Shown one piece after another: positions 58,477 to 64,000 of a stretch of DNA of 64,000 bases. Numbering within the stretch: the stretch's first letter is position 1; each line of letters starts with the position of its first letter. The notes beneath the pieces were generated by a model. That model saw nothing but the letters and a program-made list of their open reading frames with translations. It was not told the DNA's origin and made no database searches. Origin of the DNA: an alpha proteobacterium SCGC AAA536-K22 (GTDB lineage Bacteria; Pseudomonadota; Alphaproteobacteria; Puniceispirillales; Marisalimonadaceae); the NCBI GenBank assembly GCA_000421325.1, contig ATWQ01000010.1, positions 22 through 64,021 on the forward strand. Direction: 5' to 3'. A program made the position numbers and the translations under genes.

Positions 58477-58880
58477 TGGATGGTTTTTCACATAATGGTG
58501 GTAATAATAAGCAATTAAATGTTCTTGGAAGTGATCTTGAGCCATGCAATCTTTCTGATAAAAAATCTAATGTTATTACAGGGTTTTATAGAGATAACTG
58601 TTGCAATACAGGCCCCGATGACTTTGGACTACATACGGTGTGTTGTGTTATGACAAAAAGTTTTTTAACCTTTTCAAAATTGGTTGGAAATGATTTAAGT
58701 TCGCCTATGCCTGAATATAATTTTAAAGGTTTAACTGAGGGTGATAGTTGGTGTCTTTGTGCATCAAGATGGCAAGAAGCATTTGAAGCAGGGAAAGCAC
58801 CTAAAGTAATTTTAAAATCAACTAATATAGCCACTCTTTCATTAGTAAAGTTAGATAATCTAAAAAAATATTCTGTTTAG
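58476..58880 (+). CDS. DUF2237 family protein
   Basis: NVLG..L..C, TGFYRD.CC, HTVC, GNDLS.P and WCLCASRW..A motifs. Confidence 0.88.
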   Translation: MDGFSHNGGNNKQLNVLGSDLEPCNLSDKKSNVITGFYRDNCCNTGPDDFGLHTVCCVMTKSFLTFSKLVGNDLSSPMPEYNFKGLTEGDSWCLCASRWQEAFEAGKAPKVILKSTNIATLSLVKLDNLKKYSV

Positions 58881-58900
58881 AGTTTTAAGGAGGTTAATCT

Positions 58901-59089
58901 ATGTATTTGGATCAAAAGGTAAAGGTTGATTGTACTGACCATGACACACAAAATGATGGTAAAATTATAAGAATTTATGCAAATGGTATTGATGTGGAAG
59001 TATCAGGTGCAATTATTAAGTTGAAAAAGACCAAGCCTAATTTTTATGTTGGATCAATGGCAGGGTTAGAATTTGTTGTTAAAACTTAA
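58901..59089 (+). CDS. Small hypothetical protein (62 aa)
   Basis: Perfect SD sequence TAAGGAGGT at 58886-58894; fills the gap between flanking genes. Confidence 0.8.
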   Translation: MYLDQKVKVDCTDHDTQNDGKIIRIYANGIDVEVSGAIIKLKKTKPNFYVGSMAGLEFVVKT

Positions 59090-59095
59090 TTTGAA

Positions 59096-59506
59096 CTAAT
59101 CAGCTACTTTATGCATGATTTCAATAACTTTTTCTTCTTTTTGAACTGCCTGCTTCATACCAGCTACGTTTATAACACCACCTTCAAATACAGCAATTTG
59201 TTTATAAATTATATCGCCTGATATTGACCCATTTTCCATAACTACAATACTATCTGAGTTAATTTTACCACTTACATTTCCACTTACAATAAGTTCAGAA
59301 GATTTAACAGTACCTTCAATAATACCTTTTTCGTCAACAATTATCTGATCAGCTGATAGTTCACCCAAAAATTTGTTCCGAATTAGAATAGAACCTGAAG
59401 TGTTATATTTACCCTCAAAAACACCATCTCCATCTAGTTGTGAACATGTTTCTAGGTTTTTAACTTTGTCTTTAAGAGGAGAAGATATCCGACTTATTTT
59501 AATCAT
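59096..59506 (-). CDS. Bactofilin (polymer-forming cytoskeletal protein)
   Basis: Beta-helix repeats FEG / GIIEGTV / VSGNVSGKI / GSISGDIIY. Confidence 0.85.
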   Translation of the reverse strand: MIKISRISSPLKDKVKNLETCSQLDGDGVFEGKYNTSGSILIRNKFLGELSADQIIVDEKGIIEGTVKSSELIVSGNVSGKINSDSIVVMENGSISGDIIYKQIAVFEGGVINVAGMKQAVQKEEKVIEIMHKVAD

Positions 59507-59697
59507 AATAAATTCCTTTGATTACTTGTAATCTTCTCTTTTACTATGCTCAACAGCAACACAAAATTATAACTATCTGAAAAATATGACTTTTTAACCA
59601 TTTTTTTTTTCATTCAATTTTACATATATTTATTTAAGAGAATCAGTTTATAAAGCTATATCATTAAAATAAAAACGTCATATTCCGAGGTAATATA

Positions 59698-60628
59698 ATG
59701 AATCAACTATTTTACGCTAGTTCTGAAATAAATCGTCAAGGAGATTATAGAAATAACAAGAAACTAATTGAAAAAATAATGCTTGATGAAAAAACTAATT
59801 TTATTCCTTATTTTAATGGAAAAAACTTGTTTAAAGAAACAAATGAAAATATTGATGCAATAAAATTAAACATAAATCAATTAAAAACATTTTTTCCAAA
59901 TGAAATTGAAAATCCAATTTTTCTGGGTGTGGCTAATGAGACCAATTATGTTGGTTTAGATTTAAGTAATCAAAACCTAAATATGGATTTATGGTTAAAA
60001 GAGAATGAAGTAATTGTTGAAGATCTTAGAAAATACGGACCCTCATTAAATGACATAGATGCATCCTTTTTAGCACTAACTAATGGGATGTTTTTTTGGC
60101 ATAATACCCATAAATTTTGTGGTTCATGTGGATTTGAAAATATGTCTAAAGAGGGTGGTTTTGTAAAAATTTGTTCTAATGATAAATGTGGTAAAAGTCA
60201 TTTCCCAAGAACTGATCCAGCTATAATTACCCTTATTTCCTCTCAAGATAAGATTTTATTGGGAAGATCTCCTAGATTTCCTGATGGAATGTACAGTACT
60301 CTTGCAGGATTTGTTGAACCTGGCGAAAGTCTTGAACAAGCCCTTGAAAGAGAAGTATTTGAAGAAGTCGGAGTAAAAGTTAAGAATATAGAATATTTCA
60401 ATTCACAACCTTGGCCTTTTCCTGCCTCACTAATGTTAGGTTTTTTTTGCAGAGGCTATTAGTGAAGATATGAATATTGATTATAATGAAATAGAAGATG
60501 CTCATTGGTTTTCAATAGAAGAATTAAAGACTTTACAACATCCTTCAATTAGTGGTGGATTTAAGCTGCCTAGAATTGACTCTATTGCCAGAAGATTAGT
60601 TGATACTTGGATCAATAAATTTAATTAA
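59698..60628 (+). CDS. nudC: NADH pyrophosphatase; frameshifted in a T8 run at 60441-60448
   Basis: Zinc ribbon FCGSCG, FPRTDPAII, Nudix box GFVEPGESLE...REVFEE, SQPWPFPASLM. The tail EIEDAHWF...LPRIDSIARRLV continues in another frame to TAA at 60628. Confidence 0.92.
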
Positions 60629-60649
60629 ATTTAGAACAAAAGGATAATT

Positions 60650-61714
60650 ATGATTTTTTCACCAGTTCAAATAGGGAAATTAAAAATTTCAAATAGAATT
60701 GCGGTTGCTCCAATGTGTCAATATTCAGCTGTAGATGGTGTTATGACAGATTGGCATATTCAACATTTAATGCAATTAGGTTATTCAGCTGCTGGATTGA
60801 TCATGGTTGAAGCTACCGCAGTTGAGAGAATAGGAAGAATAACTCATAATTGTGTTGGTATTTATAATGATTTATGTGAAGCATCTATAAAAAAAACTTT
60901 AGACTTGGCAAGGTCTGTTGCCCCGACAGATACATCTTTTGGTATTCAATTAGCTCATGCAGGAAGAAAAGCGTCCACTCAACGACCTTGGGAAGGAAGA
61001 AAAAGTTTAACTAAAGAAGAGGATCCTTGGATTACGAGGAGTGCATCACCTACGCCATTTGATATTGGTTGGCATGTGCCCCAATCGCTTTCTGAAACCG
61101 ACATGCAAAAAATTAAAAATAAATTTGTTGAAGCTTCAATTAGATCAGTAAAAATTGGATTTGATTTAATTGAGGTTCACGGAACTCATGGTTATCTTTT
61201 TCATCAATTCTTATCTCAAATTTCAAATAAACGTGAAGATAAATATGGAGGCTCTCTTGAAAACAGAATGAGATTTCCATTAGAAGTTTTTACTGCAATT
61301 AAAAAAGCTTTACCAAATGATTTTCCCTTGGGCGTAAGAATAACGGGAACAGAGTGGGAAAAAAATGGAATAAATGAAAGTGAGGCCTTAATATTTGCAC
61401 AAGAGTTAGAAAAATTAGGTTGCCATTATGTTTGCGTGTCAAGTGGTGGGAACACTCCAAATCCTCAAATACCAATTGGACCTCACTACCAAGTTCACTT
61501 GGCTAAAATAATTAAAGATAATACTAATATGATTGTAAGGGCAGTGGGAATGATATCAGACCCAAAAAAAGCTAATGATATTATCGTCAACAAAGATGCT
61601 GATATGGTTGCAATGGCAAGGGCATTTCTTTCAAATCCAAGATGGGTATGGGATGCTGCCAAAATCCTAAATTATTCTATAAATGTCCCTCCTCAATATG
61701 CAAGAAGATTATAG
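60650..61714 (+). CDS. NADH:flavin oxidoreductase, Old Yellow Enzyme of the YqjM/NamA-like subgroup
   Basis: APMCQYSA, QLAHAGRKAS, HGTHGYL, YGGSLENR and C-terminal PPQYAR motifs. Confidence 0.9.
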   Translation: MIFSPVQIGKLKISNRIAVAPMCQYSAVDGVMTDWHIQHLMQLGYSAAGLIMVEATAVERIGRITHNCVGIYNDLCEASIKKTLDLARSVAPTDTSFGIQLAHAGRKASTQRPWEGRKSLTKEEDPWITRSASPTPFDIGWHVPQSLSETDMQKIKNKFVEASIRSVKIGFDLIEVHGTHGYLFHQFLSQISNKREDKYGGSLENRMRFPLEVFTAIKKALPNDFPLGVRITGTEWEKNGINESEALIFAQELEKLGCHYVCVSSGGNTPNPQIPIGPHYQVHLAKIIKDNTNMIVRAVGMISDPKKANDIIVNKDADMVAMARAFLSNPRWVWDAAKILNYSINVPPQYARRL

Positions 61715-61723
61715 ATCTTTAAA

Positions 61724-62632
61724 TTATTTTTTTTCTGAAAGTATATCAATTAGCGATTTAGAATGCTCAGGTGATAAGTTAAGTTCTTTTCTTAATTTTT
61801 CTATTTTTTTTGCTTCATCGTCACTTATCACTCCATCACTTAGAGCTTGATTTATTTCAGCTTCTAAAATTGCAGCTTTTTGAGCCCTTTGATTTGCAAA
61901 TGCAGACGCAACTATACCAGTTAGAAGAGCTACAGTACAAACTCCCATTATAGCTGTAAATGCTCCAATAATTTTTCCAAGCGGGGTAACTGGTGACACA
62001 TCTCCATAACCTACAGTTGTTAAGGTAATAAGTCCCCACCACATTGTTTCGGGGATTGAACTAAACTTTTCTGGTTGGCTATCGTGTTCTGCAATATACA
62101 TCAGAGCACTTGATAGGAATAATGCAATTACCATTAAATATAATGCTGCGCTAAAGGATCTCCAATCGGCTTTAATTGCAGAAAAAAAATCCTCTAATGC
62201 TGAACTATAATTAGATATTTTTAACAATCTTAATAATCTTAGTACCCTCAGCCATCTAAGATCTAAGCCTCCAAAAAAGTATGGTAAAATAGAAGGAATT
62301 ATGGCTAAAAAATCTATTAAGCCTGTAAAGCTAAATATATATTTCGTTCTTTTAATAAAATTAGTTGAGTCACCAAGGTCATTTCTTGCAGGAGCAGACC
62401 AAACCCTCAATAAATATTCAATACTGAAAATAACTACCGAAAAAAACTCAAATGTGTTAAATGCTTCTTCATATTTATTTCCTATATGTTTTACTGATTC
62501 TAAACATACAGCACCAATATTTAAAATTATTAGTACGAATAAAATCATATCAACATACTGACTAGGCTTGTCCGTTATATTACCTTTAGATAAAAGTTGG
62601 CTCGTACGTTTTTGAATTTTTAAATATATCAT
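61724..62632 (-). CDS. Six-TM (voltage-gated type) potassium channel
   Basis: S4 helix LRWLRVLRLLRLLK; selectivity filter TTVGYGD. Confidence 0.92.
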   Translation of the reverse strand: MIYLKIQKRTSQLLSKGNITDKPSQYVDMILFVLIILNIGAVCLESVKHIGNKYEEAFNTFEFFSVVIFSIEYLLRVWSAPARNDLGDSTNFIKRTKYIFSFTGLIDFLAIIPSILPYFFGGLDLRWLRVLRLLRLLKISNYSSALEDFFSAIKADWRSFSAALYLMVIALFLSSALMYIAEHDSQPEKFSSIPETMWWGLITLTTVGYGDVSPVTPLGKIIGAFTAIMGVCTVALLTGIVASAFANQRAQKAAILEAEINQALSDGVISDDEAKKIEKLRKELNLSPEHSKSLIDILSEKK

Positions 62633-62685
62633 TAAACCTACCGTTGAAAATTTTGTTAAAACAAAATTAATATTTTGAAGATATT

Positions 62686-63480
62686 TTAGGGGGTCGCAGC
62701 AACAAGTCCTCCATCAACTATTAGCTCAGTTCCAGTGATATACTTTGCTTCATCAGAACATAAAAATAATACAGCATTAGCAACATCCCATGATACACCC
62801 ATTCTACCCATTGGCACTTGATTATGTCTTTGTCTAACAAATCCTTCATAATCGCCGTCTGCATATTTTTGTGCCAATCTATCTACTAAAGGTGTATGCA
62901 TCAAACCTGGAACAACGCAGTTTAGTCGAATATTTTTTTTTGCTTCAATTACTGCAGTTGTTTTAGTCATCTGCATAAGCGCTGCTTTTGAGGCACTATA
63001 ACCAACTTGGGGTTTGCCTACATACCTTAGTGCTGCAACTGAGGAAATATTAACAATTGATCCACCTAAGTTTTTTTCCATTATTGGAATTGCGCATTTA
63101 ATGCAAAAATAGGCAGTGTTTAAATTCAACATAAATTGTTGTTGCCATGTGCTTGTATCTATTTCCACGGGTCCTCCTGGTTCAGACTGACCCACTACAT
63201 TTACTAAAATATCAATTTTTTTATTTTGTGATTCAGTTTTATCAAAAAACTCTTTTACATCATTTTCATTTGTCATATTTACTTTATAAAAAGTAAAATC
63301 ATTACCTTCTTTTTTTATGAAATCGGAAGTGTTGTGACCTGCTTCTTCATTTATGTCGGTTCCGATGACTTTTGCGCCTTGGCGTGCTAATAGAGTTGCG
63401 ATAGCTCTACCATTTCCAAATCCATCTCCAATGGAACCACAGCCTGATACGACGGCAATTTTATCCTTTAAATCTAACAT
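62686..63480 (-). CDS. Short-chain dehydrogenase/reductase
   Basis: Gly-rich GCGSIGDGFGNG, NISS, YSASK catalytic motif, PMGRMG and VDGG. Confidence 0.92.
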   Translation of the reverse strand: MLDLKDKIAVVSGCGSIGDGFGNGRAIATLLARQGAKVIGTDINEEAGHNTSDFIKKEGNDFTFYKVNMTNENDVKEFFDKTESQNKKIDILVNVVGQSEPGGPVEIDTSTWQQQFMLNLNTAYFCIKCAIPIMEKNLGGSIVNISSVAALRYVGKPQVGYSASKAALMQMTKTTAVIEAKKNIRLNCVVPGLMHTPLVDRLAQKYADGDYEGFVRQRHNQVPMGRMGVSWDVANAVLFLCSDEAKYITGTELIVDGGLVAATP

Positions 63481-63553
63481 GAAAAAAACCTTAATAATTT
63501 TTATATAATTATAGTAACATAAAATTTAATTAATATTAATGAAAGTATAGTTA

Positions 63554-64000
63554 ATGATTGAAGTGTCAAATTTATATTATGATAGGTATGGGATAAGTTC
63601 TGATAAAAATTTTTCTAAAATTGATGTTTCCCCATTAATGAGCTCTATTTTGTCTCGAGCTAGTGTTAGGAAGTTTTCAAAAAAAAATATACCCCAAGAA
63701 CTTTTAACATTACTTTTGACCGCAGCTCAATCAGCTCCATCTAAGTCAAATCTTCAGCAATACTCAATTTTAGTAATTCAAAATAAGGTTCTTAAAAAAG
63801 AAATATCAAATTTGATTGGAAATACGAAATGGGCACTTACAGCACCAGTTTTTCTTTTATTCCTTGCCGACATAAGAAGAAATATTAAAATTACAAAACA
63901 TAAAGGATATAATCATAAGAATAATAATGTAGATACTTTTATGAATGGCGTCATAGATGCAGCACTTTCAATGCAATCTATGATAAACGCTTCTGAGTTG
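63554..64000 (+). CDS. Nitroreductase/flavin reductase, NfsA-FRP-like; truncated by the window end
   Basis: Not in the ORF track; manual translation MIEVSNLYYDRYG...RASVRKF...AAQSAPSKSNLQQYSI...APVFLLFLAD...VIDAAL. Confidence 0.85.
   Translation, partial: MIEVSNLYYDRYGISSDKNFSKIDVSPLMSSILSRASVRKFSKKNIPQELLTLLLTAAQSAPSKSNLQQYSILVIQNKVLKKEISNLIGNTKWALTAPVFLLFLADIRRNIKITKHKGYNHKNNNVDTFMNGVIDAALSMQSMINASEL

Noticed and set aside
59594-59601. TTAACCAT CtrA-like half site upstream of the bactofilin, and TTAA-rich motifs elsewhere
   Set aside because: Too likely by chance in such AT-rich DNA, and there is no evidence for ctrA in the window.

Overview
AT-rich, very densely packed chromosomal segment of a streamlined alphaproteobacterium. 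The gene order is Rhodospirillales/marine-Alpha-like, which is an inference. Almost all of it is housekeeping: the Tol-Pal cluster; tilS-ftsH-folP-glmM-thiD; serC-serA-hisZ-purA; rpoH and rluD; ettA; mlaAC; uvrD-prmA-pepP; and a complete dcw cluster (mraZ to ftsZ-lpxC-bamD-recN-ligA) preceded by the RNase P RNA gene. The right end is mixed: uup, djlA, tusA, plsC, DUF2237, a bactofilin, nudC, an Old Yellow Enzyme, a K+ channel, an SDR and a partial nitroreductase. I found no mobile element, CRISPR array, tRNA, rRNA or defence system, and no convincing novel multi-gene system. The most notable signals are structural. (1) Bases 1-2192 are inverted relative to the rest, splitting tolA with an exact 74-bp inverted duplication and leaving a ruvB 3' remnant at the junction; this is probably an amplification or assembly chimera. 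(2) Five genes (glmM, recN, murC, rsmH, nudC) are each broken by one extra base in an A/T homopolymer. (3) Divergent rluD and a membrane-protein gene appear to share one CATG for both start codons. Smaller items are a serC leader hairpin, MraZ operator repeats, a LigE-like GST and a small orphan protein with a perfect RBS.
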